From the IMG/VR virus record IMGVR_UViG_3300024518_000036: a stretch of 64,000 nt of DNA. The stretch is one strand, 5' to 3'. Positions 37,868 through 47,566 of the stretch are shown piece by piece (position 1 is the stretch's first letter; each line of letters begins with the position of its first letter). The notes under the pieces are model-generated. The model did no database searches, was not told the DNA's origin, and saw only the letters and a list, made by a program, of their open reading frames with translations. The translations under genes were made by a program, and so were the position numbers. This DNA comes from an uncultured virus (IMG/VR IMGVR_UViG_3300024518_000036) (lineage: Duplodnaviria > Heunggongvirae > Uroviricota > Caudoviricetes).

Positions 37868-38024
37868 ATAGTAGAACGCAGTTTACCACTTCTAGCGGTT
37901 AGATAGTCAACCAACCAATGAGGATATAGCAGGTCGGCCGCTCCTTCCTCTGTTGCCCCTACACATAGGTTGGTTAATAGGTTAACAGATCAACCGGTAG
38001 GAGTGGTGAACCGCGTTCTACTAT
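37868..38024. repeat. 45-bp imperfect inverted repeat at the divergent strand switch
   Basis: Arms at 37868-37912 and 37980-38024. The outer 23 bp match 21/23 (ATAGTAGAACGCrGTTyACCACT) and the full arms match 35/45. The region is AT-rich. Confidence 0.8.
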
Positions 38025-38063
38025 AGGTCGATAAACCCCATAAACCTTTACTGGAGTCAGCGA

Positions 38064-38858
38064 ATGGGAAGACACCGAATCGAAGACGGCCTGGACCAGT
38101 TCTTCGACTGGATGCTGGTCAATGACTACAGCCCGGCCACGGCTAAGAGCTACACTTCGAGCGCCCGCAGGGCAGTTCGTGAGATGGGAGGACAGCCTCT
38201 CACCGGGCAGGAGGCAGTCGACGGGTTCTTCTTGGCTCTCTGCGAGAGCAACCCTATCGCCTACCCCAATATCCTCCGAGCCTGGAAGCTCATGTGCGAG
38301 TGGAGCACAGAAGAAAGGAGCATCAAGCTTCCCGTCCCACGCTCTATTCAGTCCACCAAGAGGCGGGCAGATGCCGTGAAGGAGTTGCCTCCCTCCATCA
38401 GAGCCGCGCTGCGTGGCCTGCGTGACAGTGCCGTGGCTGTTTCCCACATCCCTCAGCTTCGCTGGAGCGACGTGTCTCTGTCCGATATGCAGACGGCTCG
38501 AACTCACGTAAGAGTTCCGGGCAAAAGGGAAGAATGGGTCGTGCCGAGCGAAATCATCAAGACCTTGTGGGAATGGGCTGATGTGAAGACCAACCTGTCA
38601 AAGCCCCTTGTACCACGCGAACCACGAAGTCACCAGCCGTACCCCTACCACGGTCTTCGTCGAGAAATCGATGTCTACACAGAAAAGGAGCTGGAAGAGA
38701 AGATGCGGGGCCCCGTAGGATCTGCTCTGGGCGGCTCTTTACCTCCTGGGGCTGTCACAGCTCCCCCCGCACCGGACGAACCTGATGATGAAGTCAGGGC
38801 TACATCTACCCAGTCCCTTTTAGACGTCCTCGGGTACGACCCTGAAGCGGTGGACTGA
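38064..38858 (+). CDS. Degenerate tyrosine recombinase/integrase-like protein
   Basis: SAM-like N-terminus FFDWMLVNDYSPATAKSY, then LRWSDV, VRVPGK and HGLRR. The first catalytic Arg and the LGH..Y segment are not visible. Confidence 0.55.
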   Translation: MGRHRIEDGLDQFFDWMLVNDYSPATAKSYTSSARRAVREMGGQPLTGQEAVDGFFLALCESNPIAYPNILRAWKLMCEWSTEERSIKLPVPRSIQSTKRRADAVKELPPSIRAALRGLRDSAVAVSHIPQLRWSDVSLSDMQTARTHVRVPGKREEWVVPSEIIKTLWEWADVKTNLSKPLVPREPRSHQPYPYHGLRREIDVYTEKELEEKMRGPVGSALGGSLPPGAVTAPPAPDEPDDEVRATSTQSLLDVLGYDPEAVD

Positions 38859-39128
38859 TGTGGTCTCGATTTCCCGAAGTGACTGCCCTACGAGCGAAGC
38901 GAGTGGGGCAATGCCTAGAACTCGGGCGGCGGGCGGCGGGGGGCGGGCGCAAGGTGTGACAGGGAACGGGCGGCGGTCGACGGTCGACAAAGGATCGACA
39001 AAAGGGTGCCGCCGAGGAGAGCATCGAGGGGCGAGGGGATGTCGAGGTCCCTCGCCCTCGCTCTCTCCGGCGACCTCTTGAGTGTACAGGGAAACGGACA
39101 GGGAATGGGAAACGGACAGGGAGTGAGC

Positions 39129-39605
39129 ATGGCAAAACAGACACCAGCGCGGCCCGGACGGACGGAGCCGCGACGGGTCCAGTTCGCCACGGACAAGCGT
39201 CGAGTCGAGATCACCGGGGGCAAGTACCGAGGAGACTTGGGCTACGTCTGGTTCAAGGAAGGCAAGCCAGAGCGCAAGGTCGACAAGCACGGGAGGCAAC
39301 ACCTGGATCGGCTGTTCGTCTCGGTGTCGGTCTCGAAGTCGGTGTTGACCAGGATCCAGGTGTTGACCAAGCTCCATGGATATCTGCTGGTGACCTTCGA
39401 CTCCGGTTTCACCCGAGTTGTTCAGGACCGATTCGTGAGGGTTCTGGCCGATGTCGAGATTCTCTACATCGAGGCGGACGAGGACATGCCTGACCGGCCG
39501 CCGCGACTCGAAGATGTTCCGGTCGGCCCGGTGAACATCCCCACCCCCGCGAAGCCTCGCGTGCGCAAGCTCGGGGATCCCCCTCGTCTCGAAGACCTCG
39601 AATAA
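39129..39605 (+). CDS. Hypothetical protein with KOW-like motif
   Basis: RVEITGGKYRGDLGYV. ATG follows GGAG. Confidence 0.55.
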   Translation: MAKQTPARPGRTEPRRVQFATDKRRVEITGGKYRGDLGYVWFKEGKPERKVDKHGRQHLDRLFVSVSVSKSVLTRIQVLTKLHGYLLVTFDSGFTRVVQDRFVRVLADVEILYIEADEDMPDRPPRLEDVPVGPVNIPTPAKPRVRKLGDPPRLEDLE

Positions 39606-39638
39606 ATCTCTGGGCTCTTCCCAGGAAAGGAACTGAAA

Positions 39639-39890
39639 ATGAAGACAGGCGACACTGTGGAGATCAAGAAGAAGGGGCTTGCCGTGCGCATGAAGGAGCC
39701 CCGCCAGGTGGTGTCCGCACCGCCCGTCGGGACACGGGGGACGGTGATGAAGAAGCAAGGGCAACGGTACATCGTCGAGTTTCACAACACAACCGTTGAG
39801 GTATCCCAGAACTTGCTCAGACACCTGACCGACTTGGAGCTGCTCGGAGAGATCGGCCTGCTCCGGGCAGAGCAGGCCGAGGGTGGCTGA
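39639..39890 (+). CDS. Small SH3-like protein with C-terminal TDLELLG tag
   Basis: MKTGDTVEI...GTRGTV...YIVEF. AGGA RBS. Confidence 0.65.
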   Translation: MKTGDTVEIKKKGLAVRMKEPRQVVSAPPVGTRGTVMKKQGQRYIVEFHNTTVEVSQNLLRHLTDLELLGEIGLLRAEQAEGG

Positions 39891-40347
39891 GCGCCTGCCC
39901 TGCGTCGGCTGCGGACCCGAACTCTGCTACCACTGCGACGGCCGCACCCCGACCACGCCCCCGCCCTATGGCACTGCCGCCAACCCGGCGATGGACGCGC
40001 TGCTGGCCGGCGCGAGACCCGAGCCCGAGCCGCTGATGCACTTCGACGGCCCGCACGGCGGCGGCCGGTGGACTGCCTGCGGCCGTCCGATGGTCCGAGG
40101 CGGCCGCACCGGGCCGCCGCCGCCCATGGCCACCAATCCCCGGTTGGTGACCTGTCTGGCGTGTCGGCGCGGCACCTGGTGGTTCGAGAAGTACGGCGAG
40201 ATCTTCAAGGCGGAGGCCTTGAATGGCCCACCCGAGTAGCCCACCGCCCCCACCATGAGATCCGCGCCGCCGCCGACAACGAGAACCCCCCGACGGCCGC
40301 ACCCTGTCGCCGCAATGGCCGACAGAGCTGGAGTACCTGGCCACCGC

Positions 40348-40413
40348 GTAGCACTCGGTTGGGCTCTATCTGCGGGGAAAAGGGGTGGAAAAGGGGTTCC
40401 AGCGTGGTACACC
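40348..40413 (+). promoter_or_regulatory. Putative late promoter: GTAGCAC box plus -10 hexamer (further copies at 41991, 44322, 52624 and 55174)
   Basis: Five intergenic GTAGCA(C/T) boxes, each 75-89 bp upstream of a plus-strand start codon, at a conserved distance from a TAnnnT-like hexamer. Confidence 0.65.
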
Positions 40414-40436
40414 CGTTTCGTTACGGAGTGAACCCT

Positions 40437-41957
40437 ATGCCTCTCATTCTCAGCACTGATTCCAACCCCGGCCGAGCGCAATGGGCAGAAAGCTCTTCCG
40501 TGGGCCTCTCGGGTCTCGTTCAAACGCTGGGTTTGGATCCCGACGGCTCGACCCCGGCTCCGGTCGTGTCTTTCGGCCCGTCCAGGGCTTCCGGCACCAT
40601 CACGGCAGCCTCCGCAACAGCTCCCACGGGCGAGAGCATCGTGCTGGGTGCCAACACTCTGACCCCCACAGCCGGGGCAAGAACGTCGGGCTCGGACGAC
40701 TACGACGCCACTCTCACCGATGCCGCACTGATTAACGACATCGTCGAGGCCATCAACGACCCGGACAACTCGTTCGACCCCGACCTCCTTGCTTACCGGG
40801 GAACCGTCGCGAACACAATCACTATCGAAACGGCGCAAGGCGGGGTCGAAGGCAACAGCTTGGCGCTGTCTGCTACAGGCCCTGCCCTCACAGTGTCAGG
40901 AGCCACGTTGACGGGTGGCGGTGTCCCGAACCCCTTGTCCATCGTCTTCCAAGCCCCAGAAGAAGGTGTTCTGCTGAAGCAGTTGTTCCTTTACAGCGCG
41001 GGTTTCGAGAGCGCGGACAACAATCGACTGCTTCAGCTCACGTCTATCACCGTTGACGGGGGTGCAGACCGCATCGTCGGGCAGATGTCTGTTCCTATAG
41101 TGGGGTCCCTCACACCATCATCGAGTCCCGAGTGGAACATCCCCGTCCCGGCAGGCGGGGTGGTGACCATCATTGTAGAGAACCTCTCACCGACAACGGC
41201 ACTGGTTGTTCCTACCTGGACAATGACCCCCACTGCTTCCCCACAGCCACCCGAAAGGTCTGGGCTTGGGACAGAAACCACCCTCTTCATCACCCAGGGG
41301 GCGGTGGCCACAGCAACACTCACCGTGGGCGTGGCTGGTGTGGGAGATGTCTTGCTCTTCGTTGGGTTGAATGGACGAGCCACGCCCTTGACAGGGGCCC
41401 TGACACAAGGGACGGACGACCTCAACTTCGATGTCAGCAGTGGAACTGCAACGACGATTGCAGCCAGCATACGCACGGCCATTGAGAACAACAGCCTCCT
41501 CGACGCTGCCGGTTTCATTGCAGACACAGGCGAGGTAGGCACCACAGTGACTGTCACCGTCAACGCAGGGGAGTTCGCAAACACGGCCTTCTCCATCACC
41601 TCTGTTGCCCCGACCATCACGGCGAGCGCTTTCACCGGCGCAGAAGACGGTGTTGGGACGTTGGTGTTCCCTGCCGCCCCCGCAGACGCGATTCTGGAGC
41701 AGCTGTTCGTCTTCGCTCTGAGCGGCGAAGGGGCTATCGAACTCACCGGCGTGCTGGAAATCAATACCATCACCATCGACGGGGGGCCGAACCTCATTGA
41801 AGGCACCCTCTCCGGCTCGATGGTCTCCGCTGCCGGGGAAGGCAACAGCCCTCGGCTCGACATCCCGATATCAGCGGGACAGGTGGTGAGCGTCGGGCTG
41901 GAAAATGCCGGTGTTGATGTGGGTGTGTCTGGCGCCTGGATTACGCGCCCGCAGTAG
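40437..41957 (+). CDS. Putative virion structural protein with an A-B-A-B internal duplication
   Basis: T/A/G/S/V-rich and acidic. LKQLFLYS..ITVDGG..SPEWNIPVPAGGVVTIIVEN recurs as LEQLFVFA..ITIDGG..SPRLDIPISAGQVVSVGLEN. GNSLALS..LTVSGATLTGG is typical of phage structural proteins. Confidence 0.6.
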   Translation: MPLILSTDSNPGRAQWAESSSVGLSGLVQTLGLDPDGSTPAPVVSFGPSRASGTITAASATAPTGESIVLGANTLTPTAGARTSGSDDYDATLTDAALINDIVEAINDPDNSFDPDLLAYRGTVANTITIETAQGGVEGNSLALSATGPALTVSGATLTGGGVPNPLSIVFQAPEEGVLLKQLFLYSAGFESADNNRLLQLTSITVDGGADRIVGQMSVPIVGSLTPSSSPEWNIPVPAGGVVTIIVENLSPTTALVVPTWTMTPTASPQPPERSGLGTETTLFITQGAVATATLTVGVAGVGDVLLFVGLNGRATPLTGALTQGTDDLNFDVSSGTATTIAASIRTAIENNSLLDAAGFIADTGEVGTTVTVTVNAGEFANTAFSITSVAPTITASAFTGAEDGVGTLVFPAAPADAILEQLFVFALSGEGAIELTGVLEINTITIDGGPNLIEGTLSGSMVSAAGEGNSPRLDIPISAGQVVSVGLENAGVDVGVSGAWITRPQ

Positions 41958-42065
41958 GAGGAGACTTTCACGGGGACGAATTGCCACTGCGTAGCACTCG
42001 ATTGGGCGCTAGCTTCTACCTCCTGCTCCTCAGTTGCACTACGCTGGTGAAGAGCTGGGGAGCAG

Positions 42066-42461
42066 ATGAGTGAGGAATCCGCTGCCATTGCAGCCCTAGA
42101 AAAACGAATCTCTCGGCTGGAGGATGATGTGCACCCTGTACCAAAACTCGTACATAAAGCCCACGAGCACGGAAACAAACTTCAACAGTATGAGGGGCAT
42201 TTTGACGCGCTCCTCGGGCCGAGGGATAGCCTGCTGATCAAGGTCGGTAAGATGGAGGGGACCATCTTGCTGATGCAAGCCGACATCGGATCAATCAAGG
42301 GCGATATCTCCACGCTCAAAGACGCTGTAGCAAACTTGGTCGAAAGTTACGAGCTACAGAAGGCTGACGTGGCGGGCCAGTGGAACATGCGCGCAACGGC
42401 TGCGGCAGCCCTGATAGCCGCGCTCTCGGCGGTCGCTGTGGCGGCGATGCAGTTTCTCTAA
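42066..42461 (+). CDS. Coiled-coil protein with C-terminal transmembrane helix (possible lysis or membrane protein)
   Basis: Heptad pattern followed by AAAALIAALSAVAVAAMQFL. Confidence 0.6.
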   Translation: MSEESAAIAALEKRISRLEDDVHPVPKLVHKAHEHGNKLQQYEGHFDALLGPRDSLLIKVGKMEGTILLMQADIGSIKGDISTLKDAVANLVESYELQKADVAGQWNMRATAAAALIAALSAVAVAAMQFL

Positions 42462-43081
42462 AGTCAGGTTGGCTCATTTCAACGACCGGATGATCTGCTA
42501 CCACTGCAACCGACTTGTCTACATGACCCGGGAGCGCAAGGACGGGGAGTACGCAGTCTTCTCCTGCGGCCACCTTCTGTTCCTGCCGAAAGGAGCCGAA
42601 AAGGCGGTCATGAAGAAGCCGTGCGTTCATGACAAGAAAGGAACTCAGCGGTAGCCGGGCTTGGTCTTCACTGCCCTCAGTCGTGTGTCGGGGTGAAGGA
42701 GCATAGGAGTCTTTGTTTCCCAGCGCTCTCCGAACAGCGTTGTGCCTCTCAGGTGCCACAAGAAAAGAGGCCAATCAGGGTGTCTCAATGCCTCTGCCAG
42801 CAAGCCCTTCTCCCGGCCATTCGCGCAGGCCCCTTTCTTATTCAATCGCCGAATCAAGGTCTTCACCGACCAGCGGTGAAGCTTGTAGTAACTTCTCTCG
42901 AAGAACTGGCTCCGGGTCGGGCGGTAGACCTGTCCTGTTGCAGCTTCCGCCGCACGTATCGCCATCTTGCCTCCATAGGCATGGTAACATGGCGAAAAAC
43001 CAGTGTCAACCTGCCCTTTCGGCGCCTTCGGGCGATAAGGCACGTTCTACTGTGCGTGGCAGAACGGACCAACCTCCCTTC

Positions 43082-44257
43082 TCACAGAGGTCTCCGGTGC
43101 TCATAGGCGAAGCCGATGGTCGTCTTGATCTTGCCCACTCTGCCTTCGCACTCCAGTGCGTCTAGCGTTTCGAGGATGGGGCGCTTCCGCATCTTCAGTA
43201 TTTGGAGAATCTCACCGAGGGTGGCCAAACCTCCCTTCGTGTCGATCGCGAGAAGAACCGAGCGGCGAAGGCGAGCGTCGTGATGCTCTGCGATCACCTC
43301 GGACAGGTCGACAAGGCTCCTGATGTGAAGCTCAGTGAACTCGATGGCAGGTTCTAAGATGTCGATGCCCATGCGCCAGGGCTTCCCGTGGATGGCAGGC
43401 CCAAAGTCCCAACCGTAAAGCAGGGCGACCTTCCGTGCGATGGTTGGGGCGCGTGCCCGAATCCCGACGATGTTGCTGGGCAACTGGCGATTCATCACGT
43501 CAGTGAACCAGTCGGCCCAGTACCGCTTCGCACCGGCGTCGAGCCCCATGCACCAGCCCGCATTCGCCACCAAAGCCCGCTTCTGCAACTCGTCCACGAG
43601 CCACTGAAAGTCGGTTCTGTCACCGACGGGGTCCGGGTCCGTTCGTTCTCTGCGGCCGTACAGCACCATCCATCGGCCCATGAAGCCACCGGTCCAGTCC
43701 TCGGCCAACGTGTGCTTCTCCAGATACGGGATAGAACAGGCCGCTGCGATGGATAGCCGAGGGTGCTCTACCCGAATCACCTTGTTGTTGGCACGGGCTC
43801 TCTGGACGGGGAGGCTGTCCCAGAGGTCGGCTAACAGCGTTTTGGTCGGCTCGAAGTAACCTCGCTGGGCCGCAGAAAGGAATTTGCCGAACTCTGATAT
43901 GGGGATCATCTGGCTGGGTGAGCGATCAAGCGCTTCGATCAGACCCTCGGGTGAGCCCGGGAAATCTCCGATGAGGGGAGCTGCGGCGGCGTCGAGGATC
44001 TCTCGACCGATGTGGAGAGCCGAGCTTTTCCGATCCTCACCTGACCGCCCGACGAGAAGACAGAAGTTGTTGGCCCTGAGCGGCCCAGCGTAGTGCATGC
44101 CGTAGTTGATGGGACACGTCACGGCGAGAGTCGTGAGGCCAACCCCAATGTGGTAGATGAGCGGTGCTGTGGTCTGTTTTACGCCATGAATGACGAACCG
44201 CCTGACCCACCCACTAGAAGGCAGGACGGCAGCTGCTTCTGCTTCCGTAACTGGCAT
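43082..44257 (-). CDS. DUF3987 (YfjI-like) P-loop protein, replication-associated
   Basis: NNFCLLVGRSGEDRKSSA, GSPEGLIEAL, SEFGKFL, LADLWD, PRLSIAAA and GGFMGRW, with a wHTH-like C-terminus. Confidence 0.75.
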   Translation of the reverse strand: MPVTEAEAAAVLPSSGWVRRFVIHGVKQTTAPLIYHIGVGLTTLAVTCPINYGMHYAGPLRANNFCLLVGRSGEDRKSSALHIGREILDAAAAPLIGDFPGSPEGLIEALDRSPSQMIPISEFGKFLSAAQRGYFEPTKTLLADLWDSLPVQRARANNKVIRVEHPRLSIAAACSIPYLEKHTLAEDWTGGFMGRWMVLYGRRERTDPDPVGDRTDFQWLVDELQKRALVANAGWCMGLDAGAKRYWADWFTDVMNRQLPSNIVGIRARAPTIARKVALLYGWDFGPAIHGKPWRMGIDILEPAIEFTELHIRSLVDLSEVIAEHHDARLRRSVLLAIDTKGGLATLGEILQILKMRKRPILETLDALECEGRVGKIKTTIGFAYEHRRPL

Positions 44258-44401
44258 GTCATTAGATTCCTGTGCTTTAGCGCAGGTAGCAGGCGGTCAC
44301 AAGCCGGTCAACACGATGGATGTAGCATCCCAGTCTGACTCTTCGGAAGGCGGCGGGGGAGGGGGTCTGATAGGGTCAAACTCGTATGAGGAGGGTCTGT
44401 C

Positions 44402-44728
44402 TTGTCCCGCGACTTCAAGCCCAGCAGAAAAAGTCTCACTCCGGCTGAACAGGCAGGGGCTCGGTTGCAATACATCTGCCGGGCAGCAGAGGTCATTGAG
44501 AAGCACATGAACGAGGAGGGTGACCTTCCTCACTGGGTTCTCGAACGGGTCAACCAGTCGGCACAGCTCATGGGTATGGCCGTCTCCTACGTCTCCTTCG
44601 CTCAAGAGCGGAAGCTCCGGGCAGAAGAAGAGAAGACGACGGGGAAGAAGAAGTCTCGGTCCAAGACCAGGGTCAAGAAGAGTAAGAAGGCAGCGACCTC
44701 GGTGAAGGTGAAAAGGAACAAGCCATGA
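44402..44728 (+). CDS. Small helical protein with Lys-rich tail; paralog of 53779..54132
   Basis: EEGDLPHWVLERV versus DDDQLPGWVTAKI. TTG start after GAGGAGG. Confidence 0.65.
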   Translation: MSRDFKPSRKSLTPAEQAGARLQYICRAAEVIEKHMNEEGDLPHWVLERVNQSAQLMGMAVSYVSFAQERKLRAEEEKTTGKKKSRSKTRVKKSKKAATSVKVKRNKP

Positions 44729-45084
44729 AGACGTCTAATCGCATCGCCCTGCTGTACGGGCTCTCTCTGGCGGGTGCAGGCGCCGTCTCCTTCTATCGAG
44801 GGCGTCGAGGTCAAGAGCTGATGCTCGACACCGCGCTGCACGGTGCTGTGGCTGGAACCGCTTTCAACGTGGTTGGGTGGCTGTTGCTGGAGTCCGGCGA
44901 CGAAGCTCCGATCCTTGCTCAGGCCAACGCGGGCGTCAAGGGAATGGGGAAGATGTCCAAGCAGGCTATCGCCTTGCTCAACAACTTGGACACCGACTCG
45001 TTGTACGAGGCTCTCAAAGAGAACGGTGTGAAGATCGCTGATGTGCCCGCCAATCCGTCGATCATTACGCAGGACATGACCTGA
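44725..45084 (+). CDS. Small membrane protein
   Basis: Two hydrophobic segments. Confidence 0.65.
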   Translation: MKTSNRIALLYGLSLAGAGAVSFYRGRRGQELMLDTALHGAVAGTAFNVVGWLLLESGDEAPILAQANAGVKGMGKMSKQAIALLNNLDTDSLYEALKENGVKIADVPANPSIITQDMT

Positions 45085-47219
45085 TGGACTGGGCGATAAC
45101 CAACGCCAAGAAGGGCAAGAAGAAGAGGAAGAAGGCTCGGGCTAAGAAGAAGAGACGTCAGCAGAAAAAAAGGTCTGCTCTACGACCGAGTGGCCGACGT
45201 GGGTGTGGGAGACCGATGGAGGACAACCCTGCTCGGAAGCTCAAGACCTTCAAGGCAGGCCGAGCCCCTGTGCGTTGGCGCACGATCACCCAGTCCCTAC
45301 CGTCTTCGGCTGGTTTCGTGGACAAAGAGGGAGTTCGGTGGGTGCCGTCTGACGGGGATTACCTTTGGGTTGGCTACACCAAGATTCCTCCAGGGGTGCT
45401 GCACGGTCGGGGCCTCTCGGACCTGGAGCAGCTCAGCCAGGCCTACGAGCCCGATTACAGGGAAGGCCAGTGGTCCCAACACGTGATGATTGCACAAACT
45501 CACCTTCATCCGAGGGAATGGAAGAAGTCCCTTCACGAGTGGAAAGGGCCTGACCCGGACCGCTTCGAGTGGTACACCCCGCCGCCCGACGCCCCCGTGC
45601 CCTACTCTGGTGTGACGACGGCAGACCTGAACAGCCTGAAGCCAGGCCAGGCGAAGTTCAAGCTCCACAAGACCTTCGTGTTGACCAAGAACAACCCAAG
45701 CCGCTCAGAGGGTCTTCCTACCCGAGCCGAGGCCGATGCCTATGCCAAGAGACCAGGGCTGGGTGCCGTTGAGTACATCGGTGTCGTCCGAGTCCCGGGC
45801 GGGTGGAAGGCTCTGGCACAGGAAGAGACGAGAGGCGTCATCGCCCACGCCTACCGAACCGAGGACTACCAGCGCCAGGCGTACCGCCCAGGAACCAAGG
45901 GCTTCATCACCGTCTTCCGAGACGACATCGGCTACTACGGCGGCTGGCCGACCCGACCCCTGAATCACACGTACTGGCCGGAGCACTTGTTCAAGCGGAA
46001 CTTCCGGCGAGTGAGCGACATCGAAGCACTGGCTTGGGAAACGAGGAACAACCCAAGTCGCTACGGCTCAACACCGAATGTCGGCCACGCGAAGCACGAA
46101 GTTCAAAAGCACGGCTTTGACGACATCGTCTTCGTGAAGAAAGGAGCTATCGCCTACGGCCCGGTTCTCGTGTTCACAGCAACTCAGCACAGGCAGCACT
46201 ACAACATCACGGTCGGTCGGTGGAACAGAACAGACCGACTCGATGTACGTGCTTCTCGGGCTCAGACCGATCCTCAGCTCTCACTGTTCAAGAAGAACCC
46301 CCACACCAACTACCGCTCCGCTGTCATCTCGATGCCGTCGTCGGCTCAGCTCAGGGGAAACCCGGGCATCGAAGCCGAGTACGACCCTCGGGAAGAAGCA
46401 GCTCGTTCGATGCGCCAGGGCATCTACGAGAGCTACGCGGCAGAGGCCCTCGGAAAGAAGGGCAAAGAGCTTCGCAACAGGAGTGGGAAGAGAATGGACC
46501 GGGCCTTCTTTGAGAAGCCTGGTCCTTACAAGGTCACGCTCTACAAGAGTTCTGACTCACCGGAGCGCGTCACCTACCACATGCCCGACGACATCTCGGC
46601 CTTCATGTCCGAGATGCTGTTCCGACAGACGAGCAAGAGGGTTCAGCGGGCGGGGTTGCTGGGAACGAGCAAGGCCGCAGAGAGGTCCCAAGAGCGGTAT
46701 CGGGACCTCGACCATCTCATTGAGAACAGGCAGGACTACGAAGAGACTCTTGGTATGGGCCGCAAGGGTGGCTTCTATCGTGTGACCGAGGAACCGACTC
46801 GGGACGGGGCTCGCTGGTTCGTGTGGCCCTTGCCCCCCGGAGAGCGCCTCCCCGGTCCTGGGTCGGTGTCGCAGAGCGAAGCTGAGTCCGTCGCGAACAG
46901 GCTCAATCGCACCGCGAACCCTCTTCGGACGAGGAGCTGGTGGGTGCCTCAACGGGGCTACACGAAAGCAGAGCTGGGTCATTGGTTGCCCCGTGCGTCT
47001 GACTTCGGATCGTCAGGGTCGCGGGCCGTAGCACCCAAAAAGCCACCGAGACCTCGCAGAAGGTCACGTGCTCGCGCTACTACTCCAACTGAGCCGCTCA
47101 ACATCGTCTTTCCCAAGCTGAAGCCGGGCGGCGCCTGGGGCTACTTCCTCGCTGGAGACAGCACGGAGTACCCAGACTTCAACACCGCCTATGCTGCATA
47201 TCTGAAACGAGGCTCCTGA
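45084..47219 (+). CDS. Basic modular protein punctuated by NP motifs
   Basis: 711 aa with a K/R-rich N-terminus. EDNP, KNNP, RNNP, KKNP, RGNP and TANP; also SDLEQLS, SDIEALA and QLSLF. Confidence 0.75.
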   Translation: MDWAITNAKKGKKKRKKARAKKKRRQQKKRSALRPSGRRGCGRPMEDNPARKLKTFKAGRAPVRWRTITQSLPSSAGFVDKEGVRWVPSDGDYLWVGYTKIPPGVLHGRGLSDLEQLSQAYEPDYREGQWSQHVMIAQTHLHPREWKKSLHEWKGPDPDRFEWYTPPPDAPVPYSGVTTADLNSLKPGQAKFKLHKTFVLTKNNPSRSEGLPTRAEADAYAKRPGLGAVEYIGVVRVPGGWKALAQEETRGVIAHAYRTEDYQRQAYRPGTKGFITVFRDDIGYYGGWPTRPLNHTYWPEHLFKRNFRRVSDIEALAWETRNNPSRYGSTPNVGHAKHEVQKHGFDDIVFVKKGAIAYGPVLVFTATQHRQHYNITVGRWNRTDRLDVRASRAQTDPQLSLFKKNPHTNYRSAVISMPSSAQLRGNPGIEAEYDPREEAARSMRQGIYESYAAEALGKKGKELRNRSGKRMDRAFFEKPGPYKVTLYKSSDSPERVTYHMPDDISAFMSEMLFRQTSKRVQRAGLLGTSKAAERSQERYRDLDHLIENRQDYEETLGMGRKGGFYRVTEEPTRDGARWFVWPLPPGERLPGPGSVSQSEAESVANRLNRTANPLRTRSWWVPQRGYTKAELGHWLPRASDFGSSGSRAVAPKKPPRPRRRSRARATTPTEPLNIVFPKLKPGGAWGYFLAGDSTEYPDFNTAYAAYLKRGS

Positions 47220-47566
47220 TGGCTACTTTCCAACCTTCCCAGTTCTCGGGTGGCCCTTATGGCGCCTCGGCCGGGTCCCGCGACGAGTTCGACAAGATCG
47301 TAGCTCAGAGCAAGGATGTGACGAAGCAGTACACAGAGGAAGAGAAGGACGAGGCCAAGAAGAAGCTCCTCCAGAGCGGTGGTGGCCTGGCGGTGCTCGC
47401 CGGTCTGTTGCTCCTCGGTCCTTTCGTGGTCACGCCATGGATCGTGAAGCAGTTCCAGCCGGAGTGGTCCTACGGAAAGCGAGTAGCTACAGGCTTTGTC
47501 GTCTCGTTTGGTGTGGGCGCTGTCACAGGGATCGTTCGTGCAGCTTCGGGCGGGGAGAAGAAGTGA
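47219..47566 (+). CDS. Small membrane protein (2 TM)
   Basis: GLAVLAGLLLLGPFVV and VATGFVVSFGVGAVTGIV. Confidence 0.7.
   Translation: MATFQPSQFSGGPYGASAGSRDEFDKIVAQSKDVTKQYTEEEKDEAKKKLLQSGGGLAVLAGLLLLGPFVVTPWIVKQFQPEWSYGKRVATGFVVSFGVGAVTGIVRAASGGEKK

Noticed and set aside
38064..38858. Active integrase or protelomerase
   Set aside because: The catalytic Arg and the His/Tyr segment are not visible, and the adjacent inverted repeat is interrupted rather than a perfect palindrome.
47028..47086. A sixth GTAGCAC late-promoter box inside the 711-aa gene
   Set aside because: It is intragenic, about 190 bp from the next start codon, and has no clean TAnnnT at the 48-49 bp spacing.
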